A DNA stretch of 47,817 nt, filler included, from Stramenopiles sp. TOSAG23-2 (Eukaryota), in NCBI GenBank assembly GCA_900128395.1. It is 2 parts of 2 records of this genome, joined end to end, with 100 filler letters (N's around TTAATTAATTAA, not from the genome) between each part and the next. Parts side by side here need not be neighbours in the genome. Positions count along the whole stretch, not along the records: positions 1 to 23,882 come from LT649478.1; positions 23,983 to 47,817 come from LT649479.1. One strand, 5' to 3'. Below the pieces are notes generated by a model that was given only the letters and a program-made list of their open reading frames with translations, searched no databases and had not been told where the DNA came from. Position 1 is the stretch's first letter. The number at the start of each line of letters is the position of its first letter. Positions 21,152 through 32,600 of the stretch are shown here, in pieces. The translations under genes and the position numbers were made by a program.

Positions 21152-21331
21152 TGCACAAAACGCTTCTTCATTTAAGACAGATGTTTACTCGTAGGAAAAA
21201 TATATATACCATATATATATTATATAACATTTTTTATAAAAAAATAGGTTTTGCAAAATAAAATAAAATATAGGTACTCGTATTATGATAAAAATTATTT
21301 TTTTCAAATCTTGTTCACTATTAATATTTTT

Positions 21332-23882
21332 TCAAGACAACAAGTCGAAAATTGAATTATTAGGCAATATAAATGCTTTCACAATGACATAGACCAATAT
21401 TAAAAACCCAATAAGCATGCAAACAATCGAAACAGTGTTTACAATACTTGTAAATGTACGCTCTCGAAATTCTGGACCTATAACTGACAAAACAGCTACT
21501 AATGGTACCAACGAATAAAGAATACTAATAGAACAACTTAAAACCAGTATTTCCCCCACTTTCGTAAATACTTCAATTGTACAAAATAATAATGCGAAAA
21601 CGGAACAGATAGTTGTCCCGCTAGCATTGATTATAGATGGACCAATGTGCTGAATAGCATGTGTGATTCTATTCACTCTCCTCTGATATAATGTATCACG
21701 AACATTTAGATTTTGCTCTACACAACCTTGCCATCCTGAACCTTCACCTGGGCCACTTGCACCACTTCCACCAGATTCAAAACCCGGACCATTTGCCCCT
21801 GCATGCATGCACATCTCATTTGTAATTGGCCAGACAGATGCTAAAACTGATGTACAATGTTGACATATGCATTTCATAAATGGCCAAGCATTCTGTTCAC
21901 TTACTATATTTTTTGCATAATCTATATCCGAGCCCCAACGCGTCATATCCGTAGTATTGGGGTTGACTTCCAAGTAGCTAATTACGTCTGGACAGCTTGG
22001 TATTGCATTGGCAATGCAAGCACCAACTGGATCACTGTCCGAAGATGGGCCACTACCATTGAATCCTGAAGCACCACTACCACCGTAATGATGTTGCGGT
22101 GGTGCCATGCCAGATGGACCACTAGCAGCGTTGTGAAAAGAATAACTACAGCCATAAAAATCTTTATATCCAAATTCTGGGGGTTCTCCTTGATGAAATG
22201 TGCATCCATTTCCTGCACAACAATCATCCATTTCGCAACCTCCGTTGATATCACAACCGCCTTGGAGATGAGTTGGAGTATCAGTTGCACTTGGACAATA
22301 TGTGTAGCCGTCAGCACATGGTTTCGCCAAGTGACACATGTGCCTTGCAAGCCCCCAAACTCCTACCAATTCATTTTCGCAATCGTTACATACACATTTC
22401 ATGTGTTCCCATGCTTGCTGTTCATCGATTACATGTTTTGCGTATTCGGGATCTGAACCCCAACGATCCATATCCGTATTACTGTCGCTAACATTTAAGA
22501 AGTGCGTTATATGTGGGCATGTTGTTAAGGCAGCCGCTTGACAAGCACCAAAAGCAGCATGAGCATCAGCATCAGCATGATGATGATGATCATCATGATC
22601 ATGATCTTCGCCACCACTACAACAATTTGCATTGTGATTGTAGTAGTCATAAACGCCTTTACAGTCGGCTCCAACATTTGGATCTGCGTGTGCCCGATGA
22701 TGTTGATCAATGCTTTCGCATGTGTGCATGCAAGAGAATCCGAGAGCGGCCATTTCACTATCGCTCCGCCCACTTGGATGTTCCTTCGAACCATTTGGAT
22801 TTTCCCACGAACCACAAGCAGTAGCATTAAGTGTGCGACCTGGTAAGCATATGCCATCAGGCATAGGGGGGCACGAGGCACTGCTGCCACCGGTTCCGCC
22901 GTTTACGCCATAAGAGCTTGTGCCACCGATATGATGACCGATATGATGACCGATATGATGGCAACATGGCGATAACAGTGGCAACCAATTCAATAATTTT
23001 GTGATTGTGATATTTTTTACAGGAGGAAGTATAGATTCTCTATATGTAGAACATGTTGGATTTTTCAAATTTATACCAGGTATGAGTGAATGTAGGTAAC
23101 TGAGCCATCCTTCACATGTATTTTCATGCATTGTTTGGGGTATGGTAATTATTAAATCACCTCGATAATTATCAGGGTTGGCGCAGAGATTAGAATATTC
23201 ATATATGCAAGGATCACCCTTGCACAAGCATGCACATGGACTGTGGAATTCGTAAGCTTCGCCACCTGTACCTACTGCACTACAATCCCATTGCAATTTT
23301 CGATTAAAACCTGACTCGCAAAACATAAATCCAACATCTCTCACTGACGATATATCCCAATTGGAAATATCGCCATTAAAACTTGAAGCACCTTGAAACA
23401 TACCATTCATATCTGTCACTTTCGATACATCCCATGAACTGAGATCACCATTAAAACTTGAAACCTGAGCACTTGGAACACCTGGTACATGACCAAACGT
23501 ACTCATGAGCGCACTTGGTACATGACCAAACATTCGAAACATACTCGTTACTGATGAGACATCCCATGAGCTGAGATCACCATTGAAACTTGATGCACTT
23601 TGAAACATATTACCCATATCTGTCACTTTCGATACATCCCATGAGCTGAGATCACTATTGAAACTTGATGCACCCTTAAACATTTCACTCATAGTTGTCA
23701 CTGATGATACATCCCATGAGCTGAGATCACCATTGAAACTAAATGCATCCATAAACATATGAGTCATATCTGTCACTTTCGATACATCCCATGAGCTGAG
23801 ATCAGCATTGAAACTTCGTGCATCGTCAAACATACCAGTCATATCTGCAACTTTCGATACATTCCATTGAGAGATAGGTTGA
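21332..23882 (-). CDS. 5'-truncated surface/membrane protein: DUF285 (BspA-like) 25-aa repeats, Cys/His-rich region with a duplicated 72-aa six-Cys domain, and a C-terminal Dispatched/Patched-like transmembrane tail
   Basis: [16 protein letters not shown] repeats at 75-bp period; tail [20 protein letters not shown]...FTKVG...VLSVIGP; the ORF runs into the contig end. Confidence 0.85.
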
Positions 23883-23982
23883 NNNNNNNNNNNNNNNNNN
23901 NNNNNNNNNNNNNNNNNNNNNNNNNNTTAATTAATTAANNNNNNNNNNNNNNNNNNNNNNNNNNNNNNNNNNNNNNNNNNNN
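23883..23982. other. Artificial contig-joining spacer (N44 + TTAATTAATTAA + N44)
   Basis: Exactly 100 nt and symmetric; the central 12-mer gives stop codons in all six frames. Confidence 0.97.
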
Positions 23983-24496
23983 TTAATTTACTCATGATAA
24001 TTCCTACTCTCCAGAAAGAATACAATAACTGAGACAAATCTATCTCACTAAACTGAAAGATGGACAATGAATCGTAACATTGCGATAGAGTTCATTGAAA
24101 TCCACAGAGTGTGCCAATATTTTTAAGATACAAAAATATTGGTGGAGGTAAATAGATGCAATTAACGCATTATATGCATCAATTGAAAACTGTGTATTGG
24201 TCAAAGGTGTGTGATACATCGTACCGTGGTAGAGTATATCATGATCCTTCTTGCATATACACTTTAAAGTGCAATGAATATGACTCGCATCAGAGTCAGT
24301 AATCGGCACAAGGTTGTGTAAAGATATTTGATACTTTTTTATATATATAATTTATGGCTTTTTGCCACAACCGTGCACTTCAAGATCTTTATCCGGATAC
24401 ATAAAAAGCCACATATACACACACATATACCATACACAAACATATATATATATATACAATCACATACTTCTAATACGATAAATCGTGAATCTTCAC

Positions 24497-24854
24497 CCGA
24501 TGGACAACTTTTACATGCTGTTTGATTGTGATCATTTGAGTCTTGATATTTTCCTGACGGGCACGATTGACACGATTGTGCACATACGCATTGTACATCA
24601 CTGTCACATTCCTTCGATGACGAGCCTGTGTTATACATGGTATAAGTATGTGATTTCATATAAAAGCAACCCGACGGCTGACTGGGAGTATCCATACTTG
24701 ATTTAAAATCTTGTAATCCTTTGCATTCTGTCTCACTGGCGGATTTGATGCATGTAGTATCAGAATAAAACGCAGGTTTTTCATATTCTCCAACTCCACA
24801 AGCATACAAAGCATCAAATCTTATAAGCGCTAGCAATATGACGAGGATCAACAT
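24497..24854 (-). CDS. Probable first exon of a secreted Cys-rich (GCC2/GCC3- or TNFR-like repeat) protein; downstream exons unresolved
   Basis: Hydrophobic signal-like MLILVILLALIRFDALYA, then CQSCPSGKYQDSNDHNQTACKSCPSG. The sequence then becomes (TA)/(TG)-rich and non-coding-like after a possible GT donor at 24496. Confidence 0.6.
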
Positions 24855-25532
24855 GGTGTGTTCTAGGAGACTATTGAACAAGAACGATGAATATTAAATG
24901 TAACTTTGGCTATAGGTTGGTCTTGTATCATATGTATGTGCTTGTATATACATATATATTTATGTGTGTGTTTTTGTTATAATATATCATATATAAAACT
25001 GCCGCCATATATAAATAAATGTATAAATGTGATGAGCCGGAGGTGCGGAGGACATATTTATTATTTTTAGGATTTTTAAGGATATTAAGGATAATCACTG
25101 GTATAAAGACACTACATATCGAACGTATCGATTTAAAATTAGATTGTGCTATTTTGAAATTATATTGATTGCATTGCTCTCTGTTTTTAGCCTGCCCAGC
25201 CTGCTATTATTTGAGGATTACCAGATTACCTGGATTAATACAGCTCTACCGTACCTTTATTAGAGCTACTGGCATACCATGGCATACCATGGCATACCAC
25301 CATTATTATTACGACAACAGTGTTTTTTTTTTATATTATTATAGGCACATAGCACTATATATAATACCAAGTAAATATTTATATTATATTTACTGTATTT
25401 TACAATAGAGCATATCATCATACCAAGACACAAACATAACCAAATCGTTAGGTATCGCCCGTAAAGAAGCAGCTTCACTGCAACCGTATTATTAGGAAGA
25501 TTCAGTAACGAAAAATCCTTACAATAGAAAGT

Positions 25533-26402
25533 ATGCCCCAAAATAGAAGCATTGATAAGGATGGTACAGTCGAAGAGATTAATAATACGGAGGATGAGAC
25601 AAAAAAATTGAAACGACGTGTTAAAAATGCACAAAAAGTTTGTGCAGGAGCAGGAGTCGTGGGCATTGTCTTTTATATTCTTTCAGATTATTATGTTATC
25701 ATGAACTGGGGTGTTATTGCTTGCATCATAATATATATGGGTGGCTTCTATAATATTTACCACAATAACATTTCATTAGTGGTGCTGAAAAGAGTATTTC
25801 GTGAAGTAAACGTCCTAGTCATCTTGGGCTTAACTCTTTGTAATGTTGTAGTTGATGGAATGCAACCAGAAAATCCATTTTCATCAGTTATGGGCTGCGG
25901 ATATGTAATTTGCGCATTAAGTATATTCACTGCGGATGCAATTGAAATCAAAAGTCGTACTATGATTTTAACATTAGGATCCATGTTTTCAATTTTGACA
26001 TTATATAACTTATTAAGTTATGTCTTCATGTCTACTGCACTTGGAGTTGAACTTTATAATTTTGGAGGTGGGCATGTATTTTACAAACGGAGTGTAAAAC
26101 GGTCTATATATTTTAATATTTGCACTTCGTCGTTTAAAGGGGTAAAAAACGCTTTTAAAGACAAAGATATGAATTTACTTATGTTTGTTACTGATCCTGT
26201 ATATCGTGATACTGGTGATACTGATAATGGCTCTAGACGAGAGTTTCGCCGCGGTTTAACTGATTATAGATCGAAGAGACAAATTGAATTAATAACCAAG
26301 CAAAAAAAACAACCAGTAGTTTCATTAGAAATAATTGATGAAGGACCACCAAAGCAGGCAAATAAGGTGGATGGGAAAACTAAAAAAACATCTACTGTTT
26401 GA
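25533..26402 (+). CDS. Hypothetical multi-pass membrane protein (about 5-6 TM)
   Basis: 289-aa ORF with several long hydrophobic segments and charged termini. Confidence 0.75.
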   Translation: MPQNRSIDKDGTVEEINNTEDETKKLKRRVKNAQKVCAGAGVVGIVFYILSDYYVIMNWGVIACIIIYMGGFYNIYHNNISLVVLKRVFREVNVLVILGLTLCNVVVDGMQPENPFSSVMGCGYVICALSIFTADAIEIKSRTMILTLGSMFSILTLYNLLSYVFMSTALGVELYNFGGGHVFYKRSVKRSIYFNICTSSFKGVKNAFKDKDMNLLMFVTDPVYRDTGDTDNGSRREFRRGLTDYRSKRQIELITKQKKQPVVSLEIIDEGPPKQANKVDGKTKKTSTV

Positions 26403-26777
26403 GAGAAGGAGACAATTCAGCATGTACCGGTAATATCCTTAATGTATTGAATTATTAATTAAGGTTTTGTAATTAATTATATTTTCGGCCTTTGCACCTT
26501 TTTTTTGGCTTTGTGTTTGTAAGACAGTTGGAGTGTTTTGGATTGCTTTGCTGGCAAAGATTTCATTATGGGTGTTGGGGCATTATCTTATCTGGAAAGG
26601 ACAGAAGGATGTTGCGGCGAAGAACAAGAAAAGATATTCACGTGTGGAAATGGAAAATGTTGGAGGAGTCTAAATTTTACCACATCATTTTTTTTTATTA
26701 ATATTTTAAATTATGATATCATATGTATTTTTAAAAAATATATTTACCTGTAAAAAAAAAATATATTTTTTTTATAA

Positions 26778-27697
26778 CTCATAGTGGGGATAGTATTTTT
26801 AGCAGGCAATAGGCTTAGTAGTGTCAAGTACACGACATATTGGAAAAAGAGTCTTGGTAACAGTTTAAAAGTAACATCGAAAAAATTTTTATAGTAGTTA
26901 GTTTTATGTTTTATGCTGATTTTGACAAACTAAGTTTGTCAATCCAAAAAAAAAAATGGACCAAAAAAAAAATGGTTCACAAAACATTTTGTTTTTAATT
27001 TTTTTTGGCTGGGATTTTCGCTCGAGTTTGCTTAAGTCGATTCTATTAACAAAGTGGGGTTTGTTAATATCATTTTGTGTATCAAATGTCCGATTCGAGT
27101 GGAGTATGTGAGTGTATTTTTTTCGGAAGTTGACAAACTGAGTTTGTCAAAGAGAAAATGTGCCATCCATTAAAAATAAAAGGGATTACTATAGGAAATT
27201 TTGTAGCAATCTTGACGAAAACAATCGTTAGAAAAAATAAATAAAAACTAATAAATTTAATAATTCCACAATAATTTTATTATGTGTTCTTTGGTGCTTC
27301 ATACGAAATCGGTAGGCGTGTTTCATCGTATACTAATTTTTATTGTGATATTTATACTTAAGTATCCGATGTCATAAAATATTATATTTTATTTTTAACT
27401 ATTTATTATTTGAAAAATTAGGGTGCAATAATCGCCAATTAGTAGGTGTATTTTTTAGTATACTAATTTTTAACTGTGTTGTTTGTACTTGGGTATCCGT
27501 CTCAGAAATTTTTTTGATGTTTTATTGATAAAGTACACGAAAAATTCAATTATAAATAGTAATAGTGTTATTTAATTGACAAAATTATTTGACAAACTCA
27601 GTTTGTCAAAAAAAAATTATTTTTTACCAGCCTATATATTTTATACTTAACACTACCAAGGCCTATTGCATGCTAAAAATACTATCCCCACTATGAG
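26778..27697. mobile_element. 920-bp non-autonomous DNA transposon (MITE) with ~54-bp TIRs and a 4-bp ATAA TSD
   Basis: CTCATAGTGGGGATAGTATTTTTAGCA... at 26778 is the reverse complement of ...TGCTAAAAATACTATCCCCACTATGAG ending at 27697. ATAA lies at 26774-26777 and 27698-27701. No ORF. Confidence 0.9.
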
Positions 27698-27923
27698 ATA
27701 AAATATTTAAACATGTCCTATAAAAAAATTTACGACGTATTTCGTACTTTTTTTGCGTTCTTTTTACCTATGTAGTATTAACAACTATATGTTGACGTCT
27801 ATACAAATACATGCACGCATATTTTTTTCGTAAAACCAGATCAAATATATTATATTATTTGATATATATATAATAAGAGAGAATTTTTTATATATATATT
27901 TCGCGTATTAAAAAATACATATA

Positions 27924-28931
27924 TTAATATCGACGCCTGTGTCCGGTATACCCGGGCATACTTGTTTTATTATAATTGTCTAAATAAGTAATTTTCCTAT
28001 CGTATGCCTCCGTCGTTGCAAGTGGTTTAGGATTTGGTATTGCACCTTGATTGATTAATTTTGATGCAATTGATGCACCTAAGCCTTTCAATAAATTATG
28101 TCCATTTTTCAATCCTTTTCCACCTGCATATGCTAAATTACATTCTTGTTTTTCCGGTACATTAAAATTTACATGTTTTGAATTATTTTGACTATTACTC
28201 ATATCTTCCATTGGACCAAAGTCAAATTGTACCCCAGGCCTTCTTCCTTTAATGTTACGTTCATATGCTGGTTTCACAAAACGAACGCTTTTGTTTCTTT
28301 TCCTACCATATCCAATCTTATCCCCATCGGCTTGTGCTTCATAATTTGTTTTCCAATGGGATGTGTCATGCCCATGAATACCAGGCGCTTGTTGATAGGT
28401 TGCCGTGTGCAACGGCATTCCTTTGACTTCAGATTCTAAACCAGCAAAATTAATATCACCTTCAAAACGTTTCTTACGATTTGCTTTGCGCTCCATTTCA
28501 GCACGTTCGCTTGGCATCATCCATCCATTTTCCGCTGATACACCTTGCTGTTGAGATTTATGGTTGGAATATTGTTTTCTTGAATTTGCCGGTATAATAC
28601 TACCACCCCAATCAAACTTTGCATTTGGATGTATTTGAGGTTGTTCTCGTTGTCGTTTTAACTCTGCTAATTGTTGTATTTGCTCTGCTGATAATTGTGG
28701 TTGCTTTGCTCTTTGCTGCTCTTCATATGCTTGTCTTAACCTTGAATATTCCTCTTGAACTTGTTTTTCATACGTCGCTGCTGCATCAAAACGTGATAGG
28801 GTTGCAGCCTTTTGATGCTCCGGTTGTGAACGTCTTTGATTTTTATTATTATTATTATGTCTTCTATATTGTACATTTTGTTGTTGTTGTTGTCGTTGTT
28901 GTAAATCTCTTTCACCAAAATTTGCAAACAT
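27924..28931 (-). CDS. Hypothetical Gln-rich protein ending in PGYTGH; candidate ciliary microtubule inner protein
   Basis: 335-aa ORF. C-terminal MPGYTGH resembles the PGY repeat motif of FAM166/CIMIP-type proteins. Confidence 0.7.
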   Translation of the reverse strand: MFANFGERDLQQRQQQQQNVQYRRHNNNNKNQRRSQPEHQKAATLSRFDAAATYEKQVQEEYSRLRQAYEEQQRAKQPQLSAEQIQQLAELKRQREQPQIHPNAKFDWGGSIIPANSRKQYSNHKSQQQGVSAENGWMMPSERAEMERKANRKKRFEGDINFAGLESEVKGMPLHTATYQQAPGIHGHDTSHWKTNYEAQADGDKIGYGRKRNKSVRFVKPAYERNIKGRRPGVQFDFGPMEDMSNSQNNSKHVNFNVPEKQECNLAYAGGKGLKNGHNLLKGLGASIASKLINQGAIPNPKPLATTEAYDRKITYLDNYNKTSMPGYTGHRRRY

Positions 28932-29629
28932 AATTAGATTTAATTTGTTTTTTTTTTAACTAAATGAATGCTAATAAATACTAAAACACAGAGTGTGAGT
29001 GTGTGTGTGAGAGAGAGACAGATGGTTATGCAAAATAAATCTGTTCCTTTATACTTTGTCGTGTGTTAGGATATGTATTTTGTCGTTACACATACACACA
29101 CACACACACACACACCTCTCTTTTGGTATTAATTTTTACATACTGTATAAAACAATCAATGTCCAGTGATTGATTATTGAAAAAAATAATGGTGAAAAAA
29201 AAAAAATAATAACGGCAGCTAATGAGAATACCTTAAAACACAATATATATTAGCTACTCCATAGCATTAAAATTTGAAAAAATGTTTTAATTTTTCCCAC
29301 AGCTGAATAGAAAAGCAAATATATTTGATGATCCGTCTCATTTATTTGGCAGTTAAAATATTCAGTATACGTTGTAAGTACAAATTGATAGGGTAACTCA
29401 TATTACATTTTAACATCATCAGGTTATAATTTTATTTTTTATTCTACTACCCACTTATATAGTGATATATGATAATAAAAGTAGTGTTTTGAATTGATCA
29501 ACAATCATATTGTAACATAAATATGTACAGAGTTATATATATAGTTATTTATCTACATATACAACAACTACGACGACGATTAACGTAATAGATATATATA
29601 TATATATATAAAAGAGAAATATAGCAAAG

Positions 29630-32600
29630 ATGGGAAAGAAAGGAAAAAAGACGAAGAAAAAAACAAAGAAAGAAGAAGATTCAGACTTTTCAGAAGATGA
29701 TGATATGGAAGAGGAAGAACTAGAAGAGGAAGTAACAACAAAGAAAAAGAAAACAACAAAATCATCGTCAAGTAAAAAGAAGAAAGGGAAGAAGAAGAAA
29801 ACAAATACATCTGACGAAGAGGATGATGAAAGTTTAGAAGAAAAAAGTGATGACGAGTCTGAAGCTGAAAGTAAAGAAGATTCTGATGAAGAAGAGGAAG
29901 ACAAAAAAGAAAATTTATATGCTCGTAAACTTAAGAAACAAACCAAAGGTATTGCGAAAATGATCTGGGAACAAGTACAAAATAACAAGAAAATAACATC
30001 ATTGTATCAATGTTATAAAGATAAATTTACTGTCAAACCAAAACTAGTCTTAAAAAAGTTTAAGGCAAAACTTGAAAAACTCATCGGTAAAAATAAGTCT
30101 GAATATAAAGAGATTGAAGGCGTATTCAAAGACTTTGCTTTCGGTGGAGAAGATATTACATTCAATTCATTTTTTATTACTATGTACCAATATCTATATA
30201 AGGAAGCTGGTTCGGATCTTAACATGGGTGATATAGAATTGAAAGTGTTAAAAGAAAAGTATATTGGAACGGACATTCCGGCAGATCAAACAATTCAAGA
30301 TAGAATTAGCAAAGAGAAAATCAGGAAAGCTTTTTTAAATGGTAAAGTTTTGGATAAAAAATCTTTTACGAAGGAAATTATTAAGAAAGTATTACCGACA
30401 CTTGGTGATAAAAAAGCGAAGAAAGATCTTGAAGTTATCTTTAATGTATTTTCATGTCTTTGTAAAAATGACGATGAAATTGCTATGGATGACTTTTTAA
30501 ATTTTATCGGGGATTTTAAATCAACTGGTGGAGATGATGACGAGGATGATGAGGATGAGGATGAAAGCGAAGAAGATGAGGAGGAAGAAGATGAGGAGGA
30601 AGAAGATTCGAAAAAAAGTAAAAAGAAAAAAAGTAAAAAGAAATCAGTTGCAAAATTTACATTGGTTTCAAAAGAATTGAAAAAGTTATTTGAAGCTTAC
30701 ATGGAAAAGACTAAACGTCCTATTGAAACCATGCGTAAAGAGTTTCAAAAAATTGATAAGAAAGGTGGCAATGGTACTGTAACTTTTAAAGAATTTGAAA
30801 AGATCATTAAGAAGAAAATGAAGAAAGCAAAGAGTGACGATATAACTGTTGTAATGGATTGTTTTGATCTTGAGCAAAAACAACTGGTTGCATATGAAGA
30901 TTTCATTGTCTACCTTGAATCATTAGGCGAAAGTGCCGAAGTCAAAGAGTTAAAGCTTAAACTACGTTCAGAAATCACTAGCAGTTTGAATGAAGCTCCT
31001 GATGATGATGATGCATTGACGTATAAAAAAAGACGTGAATTATTGCAAGAAACGTTTGCACTCGTCGACAAGAACGACCAAGGTTTTATTAAAAAGAAAG
31101 CTTTTGAGTCCAGTTTGAAAAAGCTGATTGATATTAATAAAAAAGAGCTAAAATTATTATCATCGGCGTTGGATGAAGATGGTAATGGGAAAATAACATA
31201 TGCTGAATTTGTTGCGTTTGTATTCCCAGATCGTGAACTTGATGAAACAATTAAATTAATGCGTGCTTCTTTAAAAGCAGGTGTAAAGAATTTTGGTGGT
31301 GAAAATGCCGTTAAATCCTTGTTTGATAACATTGATACGGATCAAAATGGGAAACTCTCAGTTGATGAAATTGTCGCGGAATTTATAATGTGCGAATTTC
31401 CAATTGATAGTTCGGTTGCATATCAAATTATGATGCGATATGATAAAGATGGGGATGGGACAATCAATCCAAAGGAATTTTTTGAAATTTTAGATGAAGT
31501 GGAGAATGATGAAGATGACGAAGAGAAGGAGGAGGAAGATGAAAATTTAGACGATTCTAATGATAGCGCGGCCAATACGGGGGCATTGTTAACAAAAGGT
31601 ATGAAGAGAATCTTATGGCAAGGGGGTATATCGCTAGCTTTGAAACAAAAAACCAGTGCCAAAAATGCTGTCTTGAAGGGATTTAAGAAAAAAGAAGCCG
31701 AAGGCGAAACTGTAACGATTAAAAAACCAGTTTTTTTAAAAGATTTAAAAACTATGAAAGCCTTCAAATTGAAATCTCATCATTATGAAAAAATTGCAGA
31801 TACGTTTAGTCATGATGCATCCCGCGAAAATGTTGATATTTCAGAATTTGCAGCATTTGTTTCCACCCCTGCTCATGATTTTGGTCGAGATGGTAAGGAA
31901 ATCAAAAAAATTGCTGAGAAATTGCATGCTGGCATCGATAAAGAATTTGAGAAGAGAAAATCGAAGTACAAGACTACATATGTGATGATGAAAGAAATAT
32001 TTGCTGCACAAGGTGGTGATAAGAAAAAAGGCACCATACCAGAGAACAAATTAGAAAGTGTCTTAAAAAAGATTTCTCCAAGCGTAAAATTGAAAAACGA
32101 TGAAATTGATGCTTTGAAAAGACGGTTTGTGATTAAAGGCACCATACACTACAACGATTTCATTTATTTCATCGATCCGCAACCTGATATTGAAAAATTA
32201 ATTAAAAAATTGCGCGTTAAAATAAAAATTATGAACAGGCATGGCAATGATATCGAAACAATATTTGAAGAAGCTGATGCGGATAAAAGTGGTGCTTTGG
32301 CGTATGGTGAATTTGCTACGCTTTTGAAAACCACGTGCGGGTTGCCAATAACAGATGCGCAATGCCATGCTTTAATTAAACGTTTAGATGTAGACAATGA
32401 TGAAGAAGTTGATATGGATGAATTTCTAGATTTAGTAATAGAAGACGATGAGGAGGAGGAGGAGGAGGAAGAAAAAGATGCAAAAGACAAGAAAAAAGGC
32501 AATACCGACGCAAAAAATAAAAAAGATGCAAAAAAAACAGCAGAAATTAAACCAGAAGATTGGGAAAAAGTCAAGAAAATATTAGTTGTATGGGTAAATG

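Noticed and set aside
23842-24881. Joining the signal-peptide Cys-rich exon to the DUF285 ORF as one gene
   Set aside because: They are separated by an artificial contig linker.
26492-26753. Short ORFs in a GC-richer patch next to the MITE
   Set aside because: No ATG-led convincing ORF or recognisable domain; could be a gene fragment but this is unsupported.
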